Shown one piece after another: positions 54,001 to 61,938 of a stretch of 61,938 nucleotides of DNA. How positions within the stretch are numbered: position 1 is the stretch's first letter; each line of letters opens with the position of its first letter. Origin of the DNA: a virus (Duplodnaviria; Caudoviricetes); the IMG/VR virus record IMGVR_UViG_3300025889_000121, positions 1-61,938 of that record; one strand, given 5' to 3'. A program made the translations under genes and the position numbers. The notes beneath the pieces were generated by a model. The model worked only from the letters and a program-made list of their open reading frames with translations, searched no databases and had not been told where the DNA came from.

Positions 54001-57000
54001 TGTTTAACACAGCTAAAGAAGCTGACATAGATAATGAGTATAGTGCTGCTTTCCAAAACGTTAGAGAGTTTGTTGCATACGGTTTGACAGATCAAGATTT
54101 TCAAAAGTTTTTAGCTAATACTCGCTCAGTTAACGTAGTTGAGTCTCGTATATCTAACATGTGGAATGACTTCGTTAACTTCGTTAAGAAACTTCTTAAG
54201 ATGGATGACATATCAAATACTGTTCTTAACGATTTGTTAACTGTTACGCCAGACCTATTCCAAGGACCCAATCCTACGCTTGTAGGGCCTACTGCTGGCA
54301 CAGAAACATACTATCAAGAAGCTGCACCAACAAACCCACTTGATCCCCCTAAACGAAATAGCACAGGCTTTTTCCAAGGCATGATGAATCAAATTACTAC
54401 ACCACATATACCAGAAAGCAGTGTAGCGGGTAAATTCTTAAAAGCTAGAGTAAAACTAGCTAACTTTGGTGGTGCTTTACAAGAAAGACTGCAGGATGAA
54501 GCAGGTGATATGGTGTTCTTAGGTGATCAAGCAAGAGCAGATATACTACTTGATCAAGCACTACACGCTACAGCAATTGCTGGACAAGCTGCTGAAACAG
54601 GTTTTGTAAGTTTTAATAGGTTTGGTTTTGCAGAGGTTACACCGGATGATAACAATATGAGTAGTATATTTAATACTATTGCTCAGTTAGCCAAAACATA
54701 TGGTGAACAAGAAGCACAAGATATGACACATAGATTTTTAGTCGCTAACAGGTTTTTAGGAGAAGAAGCAGCTAATAGAGAAAGACAAAGAATGGCAGAT
54801 GATGCTATAGATCAAGCAGAATATTTACTTAAAAATCAAAAAATAGAAAGAGATGCTAAACGTAGAGCTAAAGCGTTAAAAAGAAAAGCTCGAGCTTTAG
54901 AAAAAGATATTACAAAAATAACACCTGAACAACTTGCTGCATCAGAAGAAGTAATTAATCAGCTTGGTAATATAGAAGAGCTTCAACAAATAAAAGCTAT
55001 AAACTATAAAATGAATATTCAACATATTAATGTATTAGAAGAAGCTGGAGTATATAGCCAAGCACAAGCAGATAAATATAGAAACACAGCAGAGTGGTAT
55101 GTTCCTGTGTTTAGGGCGCTAGATGAAAATGATCCTGCAACAAAAGAATATTTTAGAGGCTTTGCAGATTTAGGTAGAGAGTTTGAATTTAAAGGGTCTG
55201 AAAAACAAGTTTCAAATGTTTTAGAAAACATGCTTAAAAAACATTTTTGGTCTGTCAACGCAGCTATTAGAAATCACGCAAACATAAAAGCAGCCAAAGC
55301 TGTAGCTTTAACAGACGAAAATGATGAGCTTGTTACTTATCGAAGATTAGCTTCTGTACCAAAAGATAAACAAGACAAAGCTACTTCTGTTTATATTGAT
55401 GGTGAGCAAGTATGGGTGATTCATGAAGATCCTTATTTTGCAATGGCTATTGAAGGTTCAGAAGTTCCTATTGACGATATGGGTAAATATGCTAGTTTCT
55501 TTAGTAAAACATTTAGATTAGGTATTACAGCAAACCCTATATTCCAAGCATATCAAGTGTTTAATGATGCAATAAGCTCTGCTTTATTTTCTGGTGTTAA
55601 AAATCCATTTAGATTAGCACTTAGAGTTTTAAATAGTTATAAAGAAGCATCTTTAAATCCTGACGATCCCATATTAAAAAGAATGGCTCAATTTGGGATT
55701 GTTGGTGGGTTCTATGGTTATGATAATAGAGATATAACTAAAGATTTACGAATTAGATACAAAATGCAAGATGACACTCTTGTAAATAAAATGTTAAGAG
55801 GGACCGATAAATTTGCTGCCAACTCAGACGTTGCTCAACGTAGAGCTTTATTTGAACAAACATTGTTAGAAACCGGTGGTGTAAGACAAGCAGATGGAAA
55901 CATTATAGGTGGTAACGAAGTTCTAGCTATTAATAGAGCTATGAACATTATTAACTGGCAACGTAGAGGTCAAAGCGGCACAATAAGATGGCTTGCACAT
56001 TTAGTTCCTTTTTTAAACGCTTATATACAAGGTATGGATGTAGTAGTTCAATCAATACGAGGAAGAAATATTGCGGGTGTTGAAAAAGCTAAAGCATTTA
56101 ATTTATTTATGGGCACAGCTTTTAAATTAATGGCAATGAACCTATTGTATACAATGGCTATGAATGGCTCTGATGATGAAGATGAGTATGAATCTATTGA
56201 TGATAGACAAAAACTAAGAAACTACTTTATTCCTGGAACTGACTTTAAGTTACCTATTCGAGCTGAGTTAGCTTTGTTAACTAAAGTTATACCTGAATTA
56301 ACTTACAATATAGTAGTAAGAGAAGGCACTGAGAATGAGTATGATGCTACAAAAATTAAAAAAGCTTTGTGGAACTCAATAACCGATGCCGCTTTAGGCC
56401 CTAATTTATTACCACAAATAATTAGACCCGCTGCAGAAGTAACGCTTAATTATGACTTCTTTAGAGATAGACCTATTGTAGGGTTAGGGTACCAAAAACT
56501 AGATAGCGAATTACAATACAATGAGTACACTTCTGAGCTTGCTAAAATATTAGGAGAGTTTGGAGTGTCTCCATTAAAAACAGATCATTTTATTAAAGGC
56601 ACTTTTGGTACCATGGGTAGTATGGCTTTATATATTCTTGATGGAGTTGCAAATCAATTGTTTGATTTGAAGAGACCCGCTACTCCTGTAGACAGAATAC
56701 CTATTGTTAGCCCTATATTAAGAAGCAAAGAAGGACAAGATTTTATTAATGACTTTTATGATTTATTAGAAACGTCTCAATCATTGACAACAAATGTAAA
56801 CAAGCTTGTTGCTCTTGGTGATGTTGAAGGGGCAATGAAAAAAATAGAAGATAACGAAAAGCTTTATATGATGAAAGACACTATTAATAGTATAAATAAT
56901 CAAATAAGCAAACTAAGAGACTATAGAAAAATGATTGTTTCATCAGATATGACTTCTGGAGAAAAACAAAAAGAACTTGAAGATGTTAGAAAAATGACTA

Positions 57001-57050
57001 ATGAGTTATTAAGAAATATAGCACAAGTTAGATTGCTGTCAGGACTATAG
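51072..57050 (+). CDS. Large polyvalent ejection protein (zincin-like domain + LPD38-like C-terminus)
   Basis: 1992 aa; HEGVH...EFVAYG; PFLNAYIQG and NYDFFRDRPIV. Confidence 0.75.
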   Translation: MPYSILTKDGIRINNIPDDVPKDAEELKERVAKAREERQYQEELKQTETAGTIESLIGSTKRYVSSMGTALDVGDTAEEAALQGIERQQDIAKDYRPGIDISRIGKRYEKEGLFSAAKETLSQVLPATAEQVPILTSMGVGAAAGSPFGPLGMLAGSLIAPFLSYVGSNMERRASEQLAEGEEVDISRGKAALTAVGQSAAERLSLGMSGLSRAIGINVLGREVAKDAVKDSMSMAITKGVGRYALAEVPTEIAQQAMERAYAGLDVTGEEAMKEYGEVAAATLLSSPLGAFSGYKGESLNRKEINSRELEEKANLAAIRENAERVKREEIKKQTTEKTIYSLQESINDTMEVSTKGLEYFIETSDIKKQIKPFEDRLEVLKEKADNAAADMNARAVKDYQTQMLKISTNITEKINKFKDLKLEDIQKQTNRAIKGREFIANEIQAAKDLKAEVDMQTKTPGIATDTLLRNFIGLQRRSKTYKELLGKDLKNPEVFQSMVNIFNEYEPNIRQGNYGIFLTNLTDYMEKNYGQEMASIYAGERDVILNRSKLQPTEGNKAVNRRGTTGDTGDVRKIDDGKREGNLTLEQESKTLLDALDKRKTAQETETNPDFIEDAKDDEVFLTKMLDRFSSKTLKKLPKNLGKTNERRLAGIVAEWVGETKNNPEALQDPDTLKQYNAAVKLIQTYEPNLAKGMKLSEITLKEQPATQKEQLATTQELIHEPYSETTNLSEFEDLKNPDLKSVEELLAEVDILYEQLEAARDKIKGQKRPRAKNLQAINKIEGEMTDSAMRWRVGQRTGDPYNITPTKLGTLFNSFLFAPSKYSRDNLQNHINELKKRSGPSTDEYQEFNSLPADPELIRTVTLGNKTLPQAINTVLRAKKDLNPYEKYILQKIAATPNIGNVRVKEGVQRDVGKAYRGSFSSLTNTIGLEPNAANIITIMHEGVHAATVREISKHLTKNDKVINNSVLGQDLLNMFNTAKEADIDNEYSAAFQNVREFVAYGLTDQDFQKFLANTRSVNVVESRISNMWNDFVNFVKKLLKMDDISNTVLNDLLTVTPDLFQGPNPTLVGPTAGTETYYQEAAPTNPLDPPKRNSTGFFQGMMNQITTPHIPESSVAGKFLKARVKLANFGGALQERLQDEAGDMVFLGDQARADILLDQALHATAIAGQAAETGFVSFNRFGFAEVTPDDNNMSSIFNTIAQLAKTYGEQEAQDMTHRFLVANRFLGEEAANRERQRMADDAIDQAEYLLKNQKIERDAKRRAKALKRKARALEKDITKITPEQLAASEEVINQLGNIEELQQIKAINYKMNIQHINVLEEAGVYSQAQADKYRNTAEWYVPVFRALDENDPATKEYFRGFADLGREFEFKGSEKQVSNVLENMLKKHFWSVNAAIRNHANIKAAKAVALTDENDELVTYRRLASVPKDKQDKATSVYIDGEQVWVIHEDPYFAMAIEGSEVPIDDMGKYASFFSKTFRLGITANPIFQAYQVFNDAISSALFSGVKNPFRLALRVLNSYKEASLNPDDPILKRMAQFGIVGGFYGYDNRDITKDLRIRYKMQDDTLVNKMLRGTDKFAANSDVAQRRALFEQTLLETGGVRQADGNIIGGNEVLAINRAMNIINWQRRGQSGTIRWLAHLVPFLNAYIQGMDVVVQSIRGRNIAGVEKAKAFNLFMGTAFKLMAMNLLYTMAMNGSDDEDEYESIDDRQKLRNYFIPGTDFKLPIRAELALLTKVIPELTYNIVVREGTENEYDATKIKKALWNSITDAALGPNLLPQIIRPAAEVTLNYDFFRDRPIVGLGYQKLDSELQYNEYTSELAKILGEFGVSPLKTDHFIKGTFGTMGSMALYILDGVANQLFDLKRPATPVDRIPIVSPILRSKEGQDFINDFYDLLETSQSLTTNVNKLVALGDVEGAMKKIEDNEKLYMMKDTINSINNQISKLRDYRKMIVSSDMTSGEKQKELEDVRKMTNELLRNIAQVRLLSGL

Positions 57051-57239
57051 TCTCCACACTCTTACACCCTGTATATCGTTTTCTATAACCACTTTCATAG
57101 CACAATCAAATTCTAATCTTTCTGCTTCTTTTAGAATAGCTTTTCTCGCTGCTTCTATATCTACAGCAGGTATAAATATAGATGTGCCTGGTTTAAAATT
57201 AGGCCAATCTATTTCGTAATCAGTACCATTAGTTAACAT
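57045..57239 (-). CDS. Small hypothetical protein
   Basis: W..F.PG.SIFIP...GVRVWR. Confidence 0.75.
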   Translation of the reverse strand: MLTNGTDYEIDWPNFKPGTSIFIPAVDIEAARKAILKEAERLEFDCAMKVVIENDIQGVRVWRL

Positions 57240-60078
57240 TTATAGGCATATCCATATTTAAATTTTGTGGTTGTAACTCTTCAAAATTCGTTGAGTCAAT
57301 CCATAAACATCTCACACTAGGACCACTTATATCTAATCCTTTATGTAAGACTTTAGGATGACTAGATTGTTTAATCGCTTTGCTTTCTTTTAATCCTTTT
57401 ACAAAATCTGTGTATTCTACTTGTTTTTCTTTTAAATAATCTCGCATTACAGCAACAGGTATGTATATAGTTTTAGTATCAGGTTCTGATCTTACTTTTA
57501 AACCTAGTGTGGGTTTGTGTATTGGTAGTTCTTGTATGCCCGCTCTATTATCTGCCGCATTGTTTATTACCAAAGTATAGGGTCGATTCGCTAGTAAGAA
57601 GTTACCTAGAGTTTCAATAGCATCAAAGTCTCTTTCTATTACTTCTTGTTTGTTCTTTTTGTATTCTTTAGCCATAGCTTCGTATACAGGTTCTATAGGT
57701 ATATTATGTATGCCTAATTTTTTAGCAATTATAGCACCTAAGAAAACTGCTGCAAATAACACAGAAAACTTTCTATCAGGACTAGGAATTTTAAACTCTT
57801 TATCTATTTTCTTTTGCAGTTCACCTAAACTCTTTTTAATTTGGTCAACGTTTTGTATAAGATATTGAGAATATACTTCGCCTGCATGCCCATAGTTTTC
57901 TATAAACAAACTTGTGTATTCATCTGCTTCTTCTTTTGTATACACAGTATCCATATCAATTGTCATTTGAAAGAACCTTGCAATATCACCACTAGCTTTT
58001 GCTCGTCTAGCTAATGTAACTGTTCTAAAGTCAGTGTTACTAGATACAACCAATATTAAGTTAAATGTTGTATCGTTTACCCTTTCTTTGTTAGCTCCTC
58101 CACTACCTAGTCTATTCTTTCCACGGCCTGTTGCAACAAACTTTAGCAATTCATGTAAGTTGTCCGGTTGTAGATTAGTCATTTCATCTACTGTTGTTGG
58201 TAAGTTATTCATATACCCTAATCTATTAACAATAGAGTTTTCAGTATCACCCCATAAGTTTATTAGTTTGGCGCCTATATCAGGGTTGCCTATAACACTT
58301 GTAATTGCTTGTAATATAGACGTTTTACCTTGACCAGATTCAGGATTATATAAGTTAACTACTGCAGATTTTTCTTTTTGTTTAAAGAAAGGCATTAAGA
58401 AAGAACCAAAAGCACAGAAGAAAGCAAATGCTCGTAGCTCCATGCCAGGTTTTTCATACATTGAAATACCTTTTTTCCAAAGTTCGTAGCTACCTTTTTT
58501 AGATAAAGTGCTATTAAATTCTTTTGTGTCTTCTGATACAGGCACATATTTAATACCAAAAGCACTGATTTCTCTATTACCAATAAGTATTTTGTTTTTT
58601 ATATCCCCTACATTCCAACCATATTGCTTATACATTTCAGAAGCTTTCTTAGTTTTTTGTTGGTTTTTAATGCAAGATATTATGTATTCAGTTAATAAAC
58701 TTATTCTTTTAGCGTTCTCTACTATGCCTGCGTCAACTAAAATTTGTTTAGCTTTATCAGGAGACAGAAGATCAGAAGTTCTAGCTATAAACTCTCTAAC
58801 CCCATCGTGTGGTAAATGTAATTTAAACCATGCGCTTTCGCCTGATGCTGCATCGTGTAATCTTTCTACTAAATAAAAGTCATGTTCATATATTAATAAC
58901 CCATCTTCATCATCTTCATCAACGTTTCGGTATACACCGCCATTTTTGCCCCTAAAATAAGGGTATGGGTAGTCAGGTATATGATATGTTACCTTTTCTT
59001 TTAACTCTTCACTAACGGCCTCTACAGCGTTTTCAGCGCCCTTTGCTCTAGCTATTATCCTTCCTAGTTGTATTGGGGTATTAATTTTGCCTTTGTGTTT
59101 GCAGTTTTTACACCCTTCAGGACGTAATGATTCAAATTGTTTACATGTGTGCGGAGCAGGTATTTGCTCTGCTTTGTCTACAGTTTTTTGGTAATCATAG
59201 TCAATATGACGTTTAGATATTGTGTGTATAGCTATTTCTCTATCTTCACAAAAATTAGCTATAGATAATCCTGATCGCCATAAGGGTTCTTCAACTGTAG
59301 TTTGATTGAGCATTATGTGCTCTAGTTGAGGACAGCCTTCTTTAGCTATAATCTTGTCAATTATCTTTTTGAATTTTGCTGAGTGATTACCTAAAATAGC
59401 TTTAGTTGCAGGATCTAAATCTCTTCTAGGTTTCTTTTGTGTTACAACATCTATAGGTATTAGATTAACTAAGTCATCAAATGCATACTGTTTACTAACA
59501 TTTAATACAGCAACATCTTTTGGGTTGTTAATATCTTTAAAGTTCTTTGTAGCAGGCACACGGAGTATTCTTGAAGTATCAGCTGTGCATGCATGATCAG
59601 CATGAAGCTTATGCTTTATGCACAAAAACTTAAACCCCTCTGCAACAGGTTTCCAAATCTCTTTGTCTACAGCCTCCATAAAAGGCCAATAGCAATGGAC
59701 GCCGTTGCCTGAGTCTACTATTGTAGGTTCAGGTAAATTGGTAGCATCTGTGAACGCTCTAAGCGCAACTAAAGCAGCATCTTTAGTTTTGTAGTCTTTA
59801 TACTTTCTTTTCTTTTCATCAAAGCCACAATCAATATCTAGCCATAGACATTTCTGTTCTTTAGCGTTAGCTGATTGTCTGTTTGCATTAGATAACCAAG
59901 TTGACATCGTGAAATATACATCTTGGTTATCCTTAAGAAAATTATTGACAACTGCGTTAGCTTTGTTCAATGTATCAACAAACTTAGGCTGAACTATGTT
60001 TTGTTGATCTTTTCCTACTATGCAATAATACCCGCTGTCAGGTAGTATGTGTTTTAAAAATTCTAATGATTGCATCAC
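57229..60078 (-). CDS. Primase-helicase (RepB/AEP-like N-terminus + DUF927 NTPase)
   Basis: WLDID, SGNGVHCYW, RILRVP, Cys cluster, Walker A SGQGKT, VDE. Confidence 0.85.
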   Translation of the reverse strand: MMQSLEFLKHILPDSGYYCIVGKDQQNIVQPKFVDTLNKANAVVNNFLKDNQDVYFTMSTWLSNANRQSANAKEQKCLWLDIDCGFDEKKRKYKDYKTKDAALVALRAFTDATNLPEPTIVDSGNGVHCYWPFMEAVDKEIWKPVAEGFKFLCIKHKLHADHACTADTSRILRVPATKNFKDINNPKDVAVLNVSKQYAFDDLVNLIPIDVVTQKKPRRDLDPATKAILGNHSAKFKKIIDKIIAKEGCPQLEHIMLNQTTVEEPLWRSGLSIANFCEDREIAIHTISKRHIDYDYQKTVDKAEQIPAPHTCKQFESLRPEGCKNCKHKGKINTPIQLGRIIARAKGAENAVEAVSEELKEKVTYHIPDYPYPYFRGKNGGVYRNVDEDDEDGLLIYEHDFYLVERLHDAASGESAWFKLHLPHDGVREFIARTSDLLSPDKAKQILVDAGIVENAKRISLLTEYIISCIKNQQKTKKASEMYKQYGWNVGDIKNKILIGNREISAFGIKYVPVSEDTKEFNSTLSKKGSYELWKKGISMYEKPGMELRAFAFFCAFGSFLMPFFKQKEKSAVVNLYNPESGQGKTSILQAITSVIGNPDIGAKLINLWGDTENSIVNRLGYMNNLPTTVDEMTNLQPDNLHELLKFVATGRGKNRLGSGGANKERVNDTTFNLILVVSSNTDFRTVTLARRAKASGDIARFFQMTIDMDTVYTKEEADEYTSLFIENYGHAGEVYSQYLIQNVDQIKKSLGELQKKIDKEFKIPSPDRKFSVLFAAVFLGAIIAKKLGIHNIPIEPVYEAMAKEYKKNKQEVIERDFDAIETLGNFLLANRPYTLVINNAADNRAGIQELPIHKPTLGLKVRSEPDTKTIYIPVAVMRDYLKEKQVEYTDFVKGLKESKAIKQSSHPKVLHKGLDISGPSVRCLWIDSTNFEELQPQNLNMDMPINVN

Positions 60079-60087
60079 CTTCTCACA

Positions 60088-60318
60088 TTATAAAGTTTCA
60101 ATTTCTTGAATTAGCTGTGTAACTAAATCCTCCTTGTTTTTTGCAGGCTTTGATTTACCTGTAAACCAATCATAGATGGCTTGTCGAGAAATCTTTAACC
60201 TTTCAGCTAGCTTTATAACGGAATACTTCTTTTGTATACATACAGCACCTAGTTTTACACCTAAACTAGGCTCTGCACTTTGGTTAGCTTCTATTACAAT
60301 TTGTGAATATCCTCTCAT
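60088..60318 (-). CDS. HTH DNA-binding protein (Cro-like)
   Basis: LAERLKISRQAIYDWFTG. Confidence 0.85.
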   Translation of the reverse strand: MRGYSQIVIEANQSAEPSLGVKLGAVCIQKKYSVIKLAERLKISRQAIYDWFTGKSKPAKNKEDLVTQLIQEIETL

Positions 60319-60326
60319 ACTACCCC

Positions 60327-61229
60327 CTATTGCCAATCAGAAACTAGGTCATCTAAACTAAGATCGCCTGTATCAGCTTTAGGTGGTTCAGCTTTAGGCT
60401 CCTCTGCTTTTGCAGGGGCAGGTTCAGGTTTTGTTTCTGCTTTAGGTGGTTCAGCTTCTTCAATTTGAGGAGCAGCGGGTGGTTGCTTAGTAAAAGCATC
60501 GCCCTCTTCCTCATCATTGTTTGTGCTTACAGTTAATGTAATTGCTCTTTTTGCATCATCAGAATTACTTTTTTCTGTGCATAATGCATACTCTTCATCA
60601 TTTAAAACTCTGATAGGTTTAAAACCTACTTTTGTGCTAGATGAATCCATGTCAAAAGACATACGAGAAACTACAGACATAAGGTTTTGTCCATTTGCTC
60701 TAACGTAATCTGTGTATTCGTGTAGTGGTTTACGTTCAGCAGAGCCATTACCAAAGATTGATTGTGCAGGTAGTGTTACTTGAAATACATCACCATGCAA
60801 ATCATCTGCTCTAACTACTGCAATACGTCTACTAAATCTACAAGCTTTAGTTCCGTTAGGACCAGAACCTTTTACATTTTTTGGACACTCGGCACATGTC
60901 GAAGATTGCGGACTGTTAACTGTAGGATCAGGTTTTACGCTGTCTTGAGTCCAACAAGCAGGTGGTGAAAGCTTTTCGCCTGGCTTGTATTCTCCTGCAA
61001 AATACATTCTGTGGACGCTTGGTGATGCGTTCACAATAACAACATCTAAATGTCTTGCATCAGATTTGTCGATCTCTTTACCATTCACCATTAGTCTAAA
61101 TACATTATTACGTATAGATATACGTTTAGATGTAATTGAACTGCCAGTGATGTTTTTAGTAAAGCCATCATCTCTTGGTCCAGTAGTAGCTACTGCACCA
61201 CTTTGAAATATATCTACTTCGGTGTTCAT
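60327..61229 (-). CDS. Putative ssDNA-binding/annealing protein
   Basis: P.CW...CAECP.N..GS...KAC Zn motif; acidic C-terminal tail ending in W. Confidence 0.6.
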   Translation of the reverse strand: MNTEVDIFQSGAVATTGPRDDGFTKNITGSSITSKRISIRNNVFRLMVNGKEIDKSDARHLDVVIVNASPSVHRMYFAGEYKPGEKLSPPACWTQDSVKPDPTVNSPQSSTCAECPKNVKGSGPNGTKACRFSRRIAVVRADDLHGDVFQVTLPAQSIFGNGSAERKPLHEYTDYVRANGQNLMSVVSRMSFDMDSSSTKVGFKPIRVLNDEEYALCTEKSNSDDAKRAITLTVSTNNDEEEGDAFTKQPPAAPQIEEAEPPKAETKPEPAPAKAEEPKAEPPKADTGDLSLDDLVSDWQ

Positions 61230-61636
61230 ACGTTCTCCTTCTTAGTGTTTTTGCGTATAGCGACTGTATATTCGCTCGTTGACTGTAAGCCAGGGGGCAG
61301 TAAATCAGGATTATCTGATATAAACTCTTTTACATTACCTTGGCAAAGTCGTTTTTCCATTAACTCTAATGCGTTGTGTTGCTTTAAAAAATCATACATA
61401 CTAGGCCAATCATTAGTCCAGTATCTTGTTTTTAAAGATCTAGTTAATGTTCCAACAGTGGTTTTAATACTTGATACGTTAAGACGTTCACAAACATCAT
61501 TCAATGCGTTTTGAACTTGTGCTCTCTTTTCTTTGATTTCTTTAATCTCAGATTCTAACGTAGCTATCTTCTCTCGCATATTGATGTCTGCTTGCATCAA
61601 ACGTTCAAGCTTGTTATCGTCTTCGTTTAAATCCAT
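61226..61636 (-). CDS. Conserved replication-module protein
   Basis: Coiled coil; SIKT..GT...DW..MYDF...LMEKR...PPGL. Confidence 0.75.
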   Translation of the reverse strand: MDLNEDDNKLERLMQADINMREKIATLESEIKEIKEKRAQVQNALNDVCERLNVSSIKTTVGTLTRSLKTRYWTNDWPSMYDFLKQHNALELMEKRLCQGNVKEFISDNPDLLPPGLQSTSEYTVAIRKNTKKENV

Positions 61637-61665
61637 TGCCTCTCCTTAAAATACTTGGACATTTA

Positions 61666-61694
61666 ATATTATAACCAAATATTAACTCTGTCAA
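61666..61694 (-). promoter_or_regulatory. Sigma70-type promoter
   Basis: TTGACA-17 bp-TAATAT (TATAAT also present at 15-bp spacing). Confidence 0.65.
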
Positions 61695-61697
61695 GTA

Positions 61698-61938
61698 TTA
61701 TATTCCTAATTCTTCTTTAAACAAATCAATAAGCTTATCGTGGTTTTTTATTTTTGATCTTAAATACTGATACAAACGTTTTTCGTTTTCTGATCCTTGT
61801 AAGTTTACAACGGTCATCGGATTCTTTTGTCCTGCTCTATCAATCCTAGCACAACATTGAATATAAGTTTCTACTGATGTGACAGGTGTCCAAAATACAA
61901 CTACGTTAGCTGCGTGTAGTGTAATACCATGAGACGCA
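61698..61938 (-). CDS. SF2 (SNF2-like) helicase, C-terminal part
   Basis: Manual translation ASHGITLHAAN...QCCARIDRAGQ (motifs V and VI); truncated by the window edge. Confidence 0.9.
   Translation of the reverse strand, partial: ASHGITLHAANVVVFWTPVTSVETYIQCCARIDRAGQKNPMTVVNLQGSENEKRLYQYLRSKIKNHDKLIDLFKEELGI

Noticed and set aside
2457-61514. Many short antisense or nested ORFs in the track
   Set aside because: They overlap well-supported genes in other frames or on the other strand and show no motifs
1-61938. tRNA, integrase/att site, or phage RNA polymerase
   Set aside because: None recognised by eye; a short part of the genome (at least the helicase N-terminus) lies outside the window

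Overview
The window is a nearly complete, low-GC tailed-phage genome of podovirus-like layout, apparently circularly permuted: an SF2 helicase is cut at the right edge and a small ORF at the left edge. The minus-strand arm (57045-61938, continuing into 1-15622) carries replication and early genes: primase/DUF927, PolA, PD-(D/E)XK, VRR-NUC and HNH nucleases, an AAA ATPase plus VWA-metallopeptidase pair, and two XRE HTH proteins. The plus-strand arm (16193-57050) carries terminase, portal, GroES, scaffold, capsid, adaptors, four tail-fibre-like proteins, holin/lysozyme and ejection proteins. A repeat-rich non-coding region at about 14.2-16.2 kb separates the arms and probably holds the origin and/or genome ends. 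The most notable features are missing from the ORF track. (1) A stand-alone pqqA cassette (PQQ precursor peptide [23 protein letters not shown]) with its own promoter and terminator, pointing to a Methylophilaceae/OM43-type host. (2) A two-hairpin RNA at 1160-1237 whose loops are antisense to the RBS of the phage's own early genes. (3) Six dispersed 28-bp palindromic elements upstream of early genes. (4) A pseudoknotted 5' leader at 25251-25322. (5) A 38-aa peptide with 12 Trp. No integrase, tRNA, CRISPR array or reverse transcriptase was seen. All family assignments come from motif recognition by eye, not database searches.
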